Both the position numbers and the translations under genes were made by a program. The notes beneath the pieces were generated by a model. It did not search any database. It saw only the letters and a list, made by a program, of their open reading frames with translations, and was not told the origin of the DNA. This document shows positions 17,646-25,998 of a stretch of DNA of 64,000 bases, in pieces (the stretch's first letter is position 1; each line of letters starts with the position of its first letter). This DNA is from Candidatus Levyibacteriota bacterium (GTDB lineage: Bacteria > Patescibacteriota > Microgenomatia > Levybacterales > UBA12049), in NCBI GenBank assembly GCA_016214555.1, contig JACROF010000002.1:136125-200124 (forward strand), written 5' to 3'.

Positions 17646-18370
17646 TTTCCACTTTCTGATGCTACTTGTTGATCAAAGGCGACATCCTTGACAGTTATAT
17701 CCCACTTTTTAAGCATCTCAATTGTTTGGAGTTTGTCTTGATCAATAACTCGTAGCGGATCAGTATAAGTAATTTGTGTTTCTTTTGGAAGATATTTGTA
17801 AAAAAAGATCATACCTAAGTCACCACTATTGTTGCTATATGACACATTTACGATCTCAGCAAGTGGCAACACCTCATTTACCTTCTGCAAGAAAGTTTGA
17901 AATTGAGCAATTGTTCCTTTTATAGTAACTTTAACAGAGATTGCTGTCTCTGGTGAAAGATTTGCTGAGGTTGTTGATAAATTTCCAACCTGGAAAGTAT
18001 AGTCGTCAAGAGAAACACTAGATGAAATAGCAAGATAATTTATGGTGTTAATAATTGACGTATAGTCTTTGACATAGGGAAGAGCTTTTTTCGCAAGATC
18101 ATAATCAGTTGCAATAACTTGATCACTAAGTGAGTTAACCAAGGAAATATTTTTTTGGAGCGTATCTATCCTGTCATTGGTTGCCTTTAATTCATTTTGT
18201 ATTGAAAACCATCGATCAATCTGAGGCATAACAAACTTACCAACAACCACTATAACGACAACTGCAATAAGAACACTTAGGGCAAGAGAAAATTGAGGTG
18301 CATCTTTGTACTTGAAATAAAGAATCCGTATATCTTCAAGCGATCTAATATTGTTTAGTTCATTAAGCAT
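17642..18370 (-). CDS. type IV pilus assembly protein PilO-like
   Basis: N-terminal TM helix then a coiled-coil. Lies downstream of pilM-pilN. Confidence 0.5.
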   Translation of the reverse strand: MLNELNNIRSLEDIRILYFKYKDAPQFSLALSVLIAVVVIVVVGKFVMPQIDRWFSIQNELKATNDRIDTLQKNISLVNSLSDQVIATDYDLAKKALPYVKDYTSIINTINYLAISSSVSLDDYTFQVGNLSTTSANLSPETAISVKVTIKGTIAQFQTFLQKVNEVLPLAEIVNVSYSNNSGDLGMIFFYKYLPKETQITYTDPLRVIDQDKLQTIEMLKKWDITVKDVAFDQQVASESGN

Positions 18371-18371
18371 A

Positions 18372-18920
18372 TTAAAAATACAATGTTAACTTTACTTGAA
18401 AAGACTTAATTTGCTGGTCTTGATCCTTTACAGCTTCCAGCAAGTTGACGTATACACGCTGAAAGGGTGTTCCTTTTTCAACCAGCTTTGAAAGTGACAA
18501 AAAATACTCTTCTATAGATTCAAGTGATGGAGAACTCACCGTAATATTGACACTTTCCTTTTCAACAGTAAACTCTGTCAAATCAGTTCCTGCTGGCAAT
18601 ATGTCTCTTAGCGCTTGAAGATAATCTCCGTAATGGGATCTTTTTGAGATAATAGTCTTTACATCAGACAACCTAATAACAGCGAGTGTTACATTGACAA
18701 TCTTAGCATCTGATGTTTTCAACGTATTCTCTAATTCTTTCTCTTTAGCAGCTAAGGAAGGGAGAGGGGAGGAGATAACAAGGAGAAACAAAACCACCGA
18801 AGTAGCACCAACCAAAAAAAGGAGACCAACAGCACCCATCCTTACTACTCTTGCTCTTGATGCAGATGCATTAAGTATTTGCTGTTTTTTGCTATAAAGT
18901 AAATTGATTTCGTTATTCAT
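18372..18920 (-). CDS. pilN: type IV pilus assembly protein PilN
   Basis: MNNEINLL start (PilN INLLP motif) plus a TM helix. The ATG at 18920 overlaps the pilM stop (ATGAATAA). Confidence 0.65.
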   Translation of the reverse strand: MNNEINLLYSKKQQILNASASRARVVRMGAVGLLFLVGATSVVLFLLVISSPLPSLAAKEKELENTLKTSDAKIVNVTLAVIRLSDVKTIISKRSHYGDYLQALRDILPAGTDLTEFTVEKESVNITVSSPSLESIEEYFLSLSKLVEKGTPFQRVYVNLLEAVKDQDQQIKSFQVKLTLYF

Positions 18921-19941
18921 CAGTTCGCATCGCCAGTCCAAGTGCGACGGAAAATCGAGGACCTTGCTCTAATAATTCAGGAGAGATACCCGCAACTTGA
19001 TGAATTTTCCATGGATTTCCGATGATGGTCTCAAGCCCTGTATTGCGAGCAACAAAAAGATCAATCCCAGGTAAAAGCGAAGAACCACCCGTGAGAATAA
19101 CTTGCGAAAGAGGATTGTCATTTTTATTCTTGTCTGCGTAATAGGCGATTGCTTTTTTGATTTCAGAAAGAATACTTAACAAGATCGGCTGCAATGCCTG
19201 ACTAATTTTACCCCCTAAGTTTTGGTCATTGATTCCGTATGTCTTTTTGTATTCCTCAGCTTGCGTTGGTGTGAAACCAAAATTTGATGCTATCGCTCGA
19301 TCCATAGCCAATCCCCCAAGGGGGACAGAGTATGTAAAAACCACAATCCCATTTTGGACAATGGCAAGCGAAGTACTCAACGCTCCAATATTGACAACAA
19401 GGAGTACTGAAGCAGCATTAGAGGGTACAAGTGCTCTGACAACTGAGATAATCTCTGTCTCAATCGCAGTGATTGTTAGTCCTGTCATCTCAAAAATCTG
19501 TTGATATCTATGAACAAGTGTATTGGGAGCACCAACCAAGAGAACCTGCATTTTTGAACTAAGTTGATCAGAAATATTCCTTTTCACCACTTTATAATCA
19601 AGTGCCATAGTTTTTAGAGGAGCTGGAATATGCTGCTCAGCTTCCCAGTAAATCGCAGATGAAAGCTCTTTGTCTGAGAGTTCGGGCATTTCAATAACTT
19701 TAGTGAAAACTTGATTTTCAGGAAGAGCAACATTCACGTTTTTGATCGTTACTTTTGCATCGATCATCAATTTTTGGATGGCCTGTGCCATTGCCTCCTG
19801 ATCAAAAGGCGATTCTGAAAACATTCCTTTTGCAGGTGTCACGGTCATCATGCAAGATTTTAGCATCATCCCTGATCTCTGCTTCTGCAACCAAATGAGC
19901 TTCATTGATGTTGCTCCTATGTCAAGTCCAAAACTATTCAT
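18913..19941 (-). CDS. pilM: type IV pilus assembly protein PilM (actin-like ATPase fold)
   Basis: FGLDIGATSMKLIWL N-terminus. The start at 19941 directly follows the upstream stop (TAATATG). Confidence 0.75.
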   Translation of the reverse strand: MNSFGLDIGATSMKLIWLQKQRSGMMLKSCMMTVTPAKGMFSESPFDQEAMAQAIQKLMIDAKVTIKNVNVALPENQVFTKVIEMPELSDKELSSAIYWEAEQHIPAPLKTMALDYKVVKRNISDQLSSKMQVLLVGAPNTLVHRYQQIFEMTGLTITAIETEIISVVRALVPSNAASVLLVVNIGALSTSLAIVQNGIVVFTYSVPLGGLAMDRAIASNFGFTPTQAEEYKKTYGINDQNLGGKISQALQPILLSILSEIKKAIAYYADKNKNDNPLSQVILTGGSSLLPGIDLFVARNTGLETIIGNPWKIHQVAGISPELLEQGPRFSVALGLAMRTDE

Positions 19942-19942
19942 A

Positions 19943-20737
19943 TTAATGTGAAAAAATTGCTGATGGGAAAAATTCAACAGGAAGTCTTGGATAACCTTTT
20001 GTCACAATAATTTTTCGAACAGTCTCGCCTGATGTTCCAGTTGATGTAATTGACTCGCCTTGAGATGGCAATGCTACACTTCCATTTACAGCAATGATAC
20101 TTGATGCATAGATAGGGATAATTCTCATCAAAAGACCATTCGTAACAGAGATCGCATAGGTGTGTGGATAAGTTTTTCCATTTACTGAGCCTGATGAAAA
20201 ATTTGTTGTAAAATTATTTACTGCAGCCCTAGACGGACATGGGTCAAGGCTGTAGTGCGTTGATACTGGCGAAGACACAGCTCCAGAAAGAACAACTACC
20301 TCAAGCGCAGCCTGAGTATTTGATGATGAACCACTACATACTTCGTTATTTTGACCCCAGTAAATTGTCACTGTTCCTGTGTATGGGGAAGCATAGTTGG
20401 GATACGTTGAAAGCCAAACATCCGCTCCGTCATTTTTAGGCACTGCATTAAGTCCATTTATTGGCAAGTATGATCCTGAAATGGTACTTTTGGATGTTGT
20501 ATATGACGCATCGTTGGTAAGACTTCCAGTAACTGATGAGTTGGATGAATTAATAATTTTTTCAATACCTGCCTCCGCTGCAGAAAATGCTCTTTGCGAT
20601 GTTTCATCTTCTTTTGTGATACGAAGAGTGGTAATACTCCGTGAGACAACCGAAAGTCCCACAGTCAGTGTGACCACCATCACAAGAATAACAATGAGAA
20701 GAATTTGCCCTTTTTGGGGATTGGGAGGAAATTGCAT
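19943..20737 (-). CDS. PilX-like minor pilin / pilus assembly protein
   Basis: N-terminal QKGQILLIVILVMVVTLTVGLSV resembles the PilX_N hydrophobic segment. Lies upstream of pilMNO. Confidence 0.45.
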   Translation of the reverse strand: MQFPPNPQKGQILLIVILVMVVTLTVGLSVVSRSITTLRITKEDETSQRAFSAAEAGIEKIINSSNSSVTGSLTNDASYTTSKSTISGSYLPINGLNAVPKNDGADVWLSTYPNYASPYTGTVTIYWGQNNEVCSGSSSNTQAALEVVVLSGAVSSPVSTHYSLDPCPSRAAVNNFTTNFSSGSVNGKTYPHTYAISVTNGLLMRIIPIYASSIIAVNGSVALPSQGESITSTGTSGETVRKIIVTKGYPRLPVEFFPSAIFSH

Positions 20738-20786
20738 AGGCTCCTTCTATCGTAACAAGCAGGCAACAATTATGTCAACAAAACTC

Positions 20787-21320
20787 CTATCGAACATTTC
20801 TCATGGTTACGCTTGTTTGAAAAGTTAATGCTGAATTATTTTCTGAAAGTGAATTATTATCTTTCTTGTTAAGGGTTATTACTATAGTAAATGTTGGAAA
20901 ATCATTGGGAGTAAGCTGCTGACATGAAAAGGAACATGCTGTAACAACAACCTCATTTGGATCAAGTAGTACTGCAGAATTTGAAGATATGGTACCTGCA
21001 GTAGTATCACAAGCATAAGTGGTTTTTCTATTACTCCCATCCAAAACAGTAATTGATGAATTTACCACAGGCGTTGGGGTTGGAGCAGTATAACACGTTG
21101 AAGGAGTATCAAGAGCAGAAGCAAAACGGATTGTACGAGAGATCTGACTCATGACAAAATCTCCATTTTTCTGAATTGTGCCCATCGAATCTGATTTGCT
21201 AGCCCCGCGAAGAGTGGTAAATAAAATTCCAAACATCAGCGTTCCAACAACACCTGTTATTGCAATAACTGCCAAAAGCTCAACAAGGGTAAATCCCTTA
21301 ACTAATTTTTTTTTCTTCAT
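20787..21320 (-). CDS. type IV prepilin (N-terminal cleavage/methylation domain)
   Basis: MKKKKLVKG|FTLVELLAVIAI prepilin leader. SD GGAGGGAG lies upstream. An A9 tract lies in codons 3-5. Confidence 0.75.
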   Translation of the reverse strand: MKKKKLVKGFTLVELLAVIAITGVVGTLMFGILFTTLRGASKSDSMGTIQKNGDFVMSQISRTIRFASALDTPSTCYTAPTPTPVVNSSITVLDGSNRKTTYACDTTAGTISSNSAVLLDPNEVVVTACSFSCQQLTPNDFPTFTIVITLNKKDNNSLSENNSALTFQTSVTMRNVR

Positions 21321-21820
21321 GGAGCAGGTCTCCCTCCAAAATTTGAAAGACATGTTTCCAGTCGTGCTGAGTGGCAATAGACATTTGAACTATCTTTGCA
21401 AGAAGTATCGTTCCATGACACTGTAGAAACTACCTTTGAATAGGTTACACCTGACACTGGTGTCTGTGGCTGACAGTCTGAATAATTTTGCGTAACAGTA
21501 ACCTCTCTTACGTAGGTATTGTCTATATTAACTGGGCAAGAAGATGATTTAGGACCGCAAGTGGAACCACTCGTTGAAATAGCAGTGCAAGAGGAAGCAA
21601 CGCAGTAGCTACCACTAAGAGTTGAAAAGGTTCCCCAGTCATTATTCTTCATTTGCCTTGCAATCTCCAGCCCTTCTTGAGCAAAATCAACTGCTTTTCC
21701 CTGTTGAGAACTTTGTGTTGAGTTTTTTAGTGAATTGAGAATAATAACTGACATAGCAGCTAAGATAATTGCTCCAGCTCCTAATGCGACCATTACCTCA
21801 ACAATTGTTTGACCTTTCAT
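21317..21820 (-). CDS. pilin-like protein (minor pilin)
   Basis: MKGQTIVEVMVALGAGAIIL is a variant class III signal. C-terminus is Cys-containing. Confidence 0.5.
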   Translation of the reverse strand: MKGQTIVEVMVALGAGAIILAAMSVIILNSLKNSTQSSQQGKAVDFAQEGLEIARQMKNNDWGTFSTLSGSYCVASSCTAISTSGSTCGPKSSSCPVNIDNTYVREVTVTQNYSDCQPQTPVSGVTYSKVVSTVSWNDTSCKDSSNVYCHSARLETCLSNFGGRPAP

Positions 21821-21822
21821 AG

Positions 21823-22326
21823 CTAATTTATAGTCACTGTTCCCCCCGATCCAACAGTAATATCTTGTGTTGTGTTGTATCCGCTAATTCTTACAAAACC
21901 AGAACCAGTTACGCCATTTGAGAGTACTTGAAATAAAAATGATGGGGAGGTGCTGCTTGAAGAAAAGCTAATATCTGATGGCAAACTTTTTGTAGAAAGC
22001 ACAGTAGTATTCCCAGAGCAAACCATTGAGAGGCGGTATGTGTTCGCCGTTGAACAATTTGATGTTGAAAGCCCACATATATCAACTCGGTATCCAATAA
22101 GAGTTCCAGTACAACTTGACGGCTTACGTTGAGACTGTGTTCTAGACTTGGCATCCCGGAGAAGCGATGCAACATCTAGGCTGGCTTGCTTCAAAACAGA
22201 GGATTTATTGTATGAAACAAAAGAAACAATACTCACAGTTGATATGATACCAATTACTGACAAAACAATAAGAAGCTCAATGAGAGTAAAGCCTTTCTTA
22301 AAAGAGGCTAGTGATCGATACTTCAT
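21823..22326 (-). CDS. type IV prepilin
   Basis: MKYRSLASFKKG|FTLIELLIV. Confidence 0.75.
   Translation of the reverse strand: MKYRSLASFKKGFTLIELLIVLSVIGIISTVSIVSFVSYNKSSVLKQASLDVASLLRDAKSRTQSQRKPSSCTGTLIGYRVDICGLSTSNCSTANTYRLSMVCSGNTTVLSTKSLPSDISFSSSSTSPSFLFQVLSNGVTGSGFVRISGYNTTQDITVGSGGTVTIN
22264..22307. repeat. 44-nt direct repeat (pilin N-terminal coding segment), copy 1
   Basis: Identical to 22761..22804. Encodes SFKKGFTLIELLIV on the minus strand. Confidence 0.8.
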
Positions 22327-22841
22327 GGATTATTAACAACATAATATTTTCCTGAAGAACAAGTACCTCCAGAAGGGGATGGCGCTGAAGAAGTTGAGTA
22401 AGTATCCTTATCATTTGCATTTTCAAGGCATGTTGCGAGCGTATAAGTCAATCCACTGGCATCGCTTACATAATAATAATTTCCTGAGTTGTATCCTGTT
22501 GTTCCTGAAGGATCGCAAGGAACTTTACTCATGTACGTCACTGAGTTATATGTAAAAGCTTCAGAAGTCATACAAACTGTTCCCGAGTTGATACGATATG
22601 TTACGGTTCTCACAGGATATCTTGCATTGTCAGACCGAAAAAGCTCAAGAGCAGATTGAATCTGCCTGATATCAGATTTTCTTTGTGTATCTCTTGCGCG
22701 CTGCCTCACACCGACAAAATTCGCAGTAAGTAAGGTTGTTAATATGCCAATAATTGCAATAACAATAAGAAGCTCAATGAGAGTAAAGCCTTTCTTAAAA
22801 GAGGTAACGTTAGGGGTTAATATCCGGGCTTGAAACAGCAT
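22323..22841 (-). CDS. type IV prepilin
   Basis: ...TSFKKG|FTLIELLIVIAIIG. Start uncertain: ATG at 22841 chosen, longer ORF runs to 22880. The N-terminal 44 nt are identical to the neighbouring pilin gene. Confidence 0.65.
   Translation of the reverse strand: MLFQARILTPNVTSFKKGFTLIELLIVIAIIGILTTLLTANFVGVRQRARDTQRKSDIRQIQSALELFRSDNARYPVRTVTYRINSGTVCMTSEAFTYNSVTYMSKVPCDPSGTTGYNSGNYYYVSDASGLTYTLATCLENANDKDTYSTSSAPSPSGGTCSSGKYYVVNNP
22761..22804. repeat. 44-nt direct repeat, copy 2
   Basis: Identical to 22264..22307. Confidence 0.8.
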
Positions 22842-23295
22842 AATTACAGGTACCTCCACATGCTGTTGCGGAAATTCCAAACGTTGCTATCGTGGCGCAA
22901 GCTGAACCTCCGTTACATGCCTGTGGATCAACGGTTCCTCTTTCCAGACTAGCATAGACAACATAACTTTGTCCATCTGAGGAAACATAGTAAATATATT
23001 GCCTACTGCTGGTTGGATCCTTAGGCAGGACATTCATGTATGGCTGCCATGAAGTTCCCCAATCGATCAAGGCAGTTGTATAAATCTTTTGCCCTGAAGC
23101 CAATGGATATCTCCCATTGTCTTGATAGTAAGCCTCAAGACCTCTTTGAATTTGACTTAGATCTGACTTTCTTCTGCCATCATTTGCTTTAAGTACCTGC
23201 TGAGAAGGATTCACGACTGCTAAAATCGCTGTAGTAAAAATGCCAACAATTGCAACAACCAGGATAAGTTCTATGAGCGTAAAGCCTCTCTTCAT
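22810..23295 (-). CDS. type IV pilin (PilA-like candidate major pilin)
   Basis: MKRG|FTLIELILVVAIVGI has a short leader. Ends in a C-terminal Cys pair. Confidence 0.75.
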   Translation of the reverse strand: MKRGFTLIELILVVAIVGIFTTAILAVVNPSQQVLKANDGRRKSDLSQIQRGLEAYYQDNGRYPLASGQKIYTTALIDWGTSWQPYMNVLPKDPTSSRQYIYYVSSDGQSYVVYASLERGTVDPQACNGGSACATIATFGISATACGGTCNYAVSSPDINP

Positions 23296-23331
23296 ACTTT
23301 AATAGTAGAGTTAATTACCATGAATTTCAAT

Positions 23332-24048
23332 CTACCTCTGACATGCACCACCACATGTTTCAGTGCAATATGTACCTGTTCCTCCAGGAACGATGTTGCA
23401 GCTAGTTGGATTTCCTGTACAAGAATAATTTTTAACAGGGCAGCTCTCAGGAGTGGGTGTTGGAGTTGGTAGAGGCGTTACAGATGTAACAACGGTAGGC
23501 GTTGGCGTTACTGAGTTGATTGAACCATTTGACAGACTTAGTGATGAAAGATAAGTACAATCAACGTTTCCCAAAACGGTACACGCCCACGTACTATCAA
23601 AATCCACAGGAACACAGCTAGAAAGTGAGGAAAGGATACATGCGCTTGTTGACGGAGTAGTGCTTAGTTTTGAAAATAAAACTGACCAGTCGGGACATGT
23701 TGATCCTGAATGTTGATAAATATAACATGTTGTCGGATCAGATGAACACTGACTGTCCTGAGGAATTCTTCTCATGTAAGTGACGCTACTTTCAATCCAG
23801 GGTTGTCCAAAATCAAGAGATGCTGGGTAACATCCATTATCATTGTAGTAAAGGTCAAGGGCAATTTTAATTTGCGCAACATCCTCTTTCCTTTTAGCAT
23901 CATGGATTCTATCAAGTTGTTTTACAGGATTAATAAAAGTAAGACTAAGATAAATAAGAGTTGCAAGAATAGTGATAACCGTCAAAAGTTCAACGAGAGT
24001 AAAACCTAAAACTCGCTGACGGAATGTTTTGATATTAAAAACCGACAT
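23332..24048 (-). CDS. type IV prepilin with TP-rich linker and Cys-rich C-terminal domain
   Basis: ...RVLG|FTLVELLTVITIL. Contains TPTPTVVTSVTPLPTPTPTPE and multiple Cys. Start is either 24048 or 24078. Confidence 0.65.
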   Translation of the reverse strand: MSVFNIKTFRQRVLGFTLVELLTVITILATLIYLSLTFINPVKQLDRIHDAKRKEDVAQIKIALDLYYNDNGCYPASLDFGQPWIESSVTYMRRIPQDSQCSSDPTTCYIYQHSGSTCPDWSVLFSKLSTTPSTSACILSSLSSCVPVDFDSTWACTVLGNVDCTYLSSLSLSNGSINSVTPTPTVVTSVTPLPTPTPTPESCPVKNYSCTGNPTSCNIVPGGTGTYCTETCGGACQR

Positions 24049-24796
24049 ATTTTGAAATAAAGTAAGCAATATGCTCACCCCATACCATCATAATAAAAGT
24101 TCCAAAGACAAGAAAGGGCCCAAAGGGAACTGTTCCACCGTGCAGCTTTTTCTTCTTAAGAGCAACAAGGAGTAAGGAAATACATGCCCCGCTAAGAAAA
24201 GATAGGTAAAGACCAAAAATTATATAAGGAAAACCTAAAATAAATCCCATTAAAAACGCAAAAATAACATCTCCAAAGCCCATTCCTCTCTTTTTTGTAA
24301 CAAGATAAATGGCATAAAAAAATGCGGCCGCACCAGATCCAGAAAGAAAATGATTTAAAAGCAAAGATGGAGTTGCTAAAAGCATCACAAGCTCTGCTAG
24401 ACATGCAAGCAAAACAAACTGAACGGGAATAATCTCAAACTCTCTGTCTGAAAAGAAGATTACTAACAAGCAAGAAGCTATAATCGACAGGACTATCATG
24501 GGAAAAAGTGAGGTTACATATAAAGCAATGCTCAGAAAAACAAAAGCAGTAATCAACTCAGATATCGGATACCAAAGAGACAATTTTTTCTTGCAATGCT
24601 TACATTTCCCTCTAAGTAATACGAAGGAAATAACAGGAATAAGCTCGCTCCATGAAAGAACTCTTGAGCAAAAATCACATTTTGATCTTCCCATGACAAA
24701 GGATCTGCCAGTTGCAGCATGCTGAGCAATAACGAGAAAAAAGCTTCCAAAAAAGAGCCCAGTGATACCAAAAAAAATTGCAGGAAGTAATTCCAT
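24035..24796 (-). CDS. pilD: prepilin peptidase (A24 family)
   Basis: CDFC...CKHC zinc motif and polytopic membrane topology. Start set at the MELLPAIFFG ATG. Confidence 0.75.
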   Translation of the reverse strand: MELLPAIFFGITGLFFGSFFLVIAQHAATGRSFVMGRSKCDFCSRVLSWSELIPVISFVLLRGKCKHCKKKLSLWYPISELITAFVFLSIALYVTSLFPMIVLSIIASCLLVIFFSDREFEIIPVQFVLLACLAELVMLLATPSLLLNHFLSGSGAAAFFYAIYLVTKKRGMGFGDVIFAFLMGFILGFPYIIFGLYLSFLSGACISLLLVALKKKKLHGGTVPFGPFLVFGTFIMMVWGEHIAYFISKYVGF

Positions 24797-24831
24797 ACAC
24801 TCAGTATAGTAGATATTTTTGATAAACAATA

Positions 24832-25998
24832 CTATGAAACCCAATAATTAAGCCCGTAGAGAATAATAAAAACAATTTGTAATGAGTAGCAAAGAAATAA
24901 CAAAGGGAAAAACAACAATGAATATTTTTTACTGTTTGTGAGAACTCCCATAAGTATGAAAAGAGGAAAAACAGGCAATAAGTACCTCATATATGACATA
25001 AAACTTCCAAATAGCGGAATAAAACCTAACAGAATTGAGTAAATAAAAATAGTTTTATTGAAAAACCTATAGATAAAAGGTAATGATATAAGAAAAATTA
25101 CAAAAAACATTCTGTCCAAAAAAGAATCTAAGTACGAATGAGGTTGTAGATGGGGAGAAAACAAGTTTTTGAGGAAAAAAATCGGATTAATGGCATTTTC
25201 CAATCTCCAACTACTTATCACACTTGATTGATCTTGAAATCCTGAAAAATAATTTCCTGTTGTCATTTGCATAAATAAAAAATAAAAAAAGACACCAAGT
25301 AACGGGATAAGAAAAACGAGAGCTTGAGGATAAAAAGTAAGATCAACTGGATCTGCAAAACTTGGCAGACGAAGCACAGTCTTTTTCTTTTTCTTATCAA
25401 ATAAGTAAAAAAGCAGTAATGGAATAATAGTTAAAATACCGACCGGTCTTGTAAAAATTAAAAAAAATACACTAAACGCTGCGATTAGATAGTTTTTTTT
25501 ATGCAAAAAATAAAAAAGAAAAAGTACAAGAAATATAAAAAGTGCTTCTGAATATACAAGTGACATAAAAAAAGAAGTTGGAAATACCATAAAAAATAAT
25601 GATGCTTTGAATGCTATGTTTTCATCAAAAAGCTCCCTTGTGAGTAAATAGAATATAAGTAATGCGAAAAAAGAAAAAATTGTTGAGCTGATAAGACCTG
25701 ACAAAAGATAATCTGGCACAAATACATGTATCCCTACAATGGTAAGAGGGTAGAGGGGGAAAAATCGATTTGATATGCTTGCTTTGCCATATCCATTCTT
25801 GGCTATATAAAGGTAGTGCATACCATCCCAAGCTTTCAGTCCCGAAAAGATAGAATGTTTTTCGTTTTGTGGAAAAATAAAATTGCTTTCGTACTTATCC
25901 TTAGCATAAGGTAGGAGAAAAGACGAACCAATAATAAAAGAAAAAATTACTATTTTTACTAAGCCATAGGTAATAAAAAGCTGCTTGATTTCTTTCAT
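24832..25998 (-). CDS. polytopic membrane protein, GT-C-like glycosyltransferase candidate
   Basis: At least 9 predicted TM helices, Phe/Leu-rich. Its ATG overlaps the upstream stop (ATGA). Family assignment is tentative. Confidence 0.35.
   Translation of the reverse strand: MKEIKQLFITYGLVKIVIFSFIIGSSFLLPYAKDKYESNFIFPQNEKHSIFSGLKAWDGMHYLYIAKNGYGKASISNRFFPLYPLTIVGIHVFVPDYLLSGLISSTIFSFFALLIFYLLTRELFDENIAFKASLFFMVFPTSFFMSLVYSEALFIFLVLFLFYFLHKKNYLIAAFSVFFLIFTRPVGILTIIPLLLFYLFDKKKKKTVLRLPSFADPVDLTFYPQALVFLIPLLGVFFYFLFMQMTTGNYFSGFQDQSSVISSWRLENAINPIFFLKNLFSPHLQPHSYLDSFLDRMFFVIFLISLPFIYRFFNKTIFIYSILLGFIPLFGSFMSYMRYLLPVFPLFILMGVLTNSKKYSLLFFPLLFLCYSLQIVFIILYGLNYWVS

Noticed and set aside
20160-20169. 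TGTGGATAAG DnaA-box-like sequence
   Set aside because: A single occurrence inside the PilX-like coding region, not clustered and not near dnaA/dnaN. Chance match.
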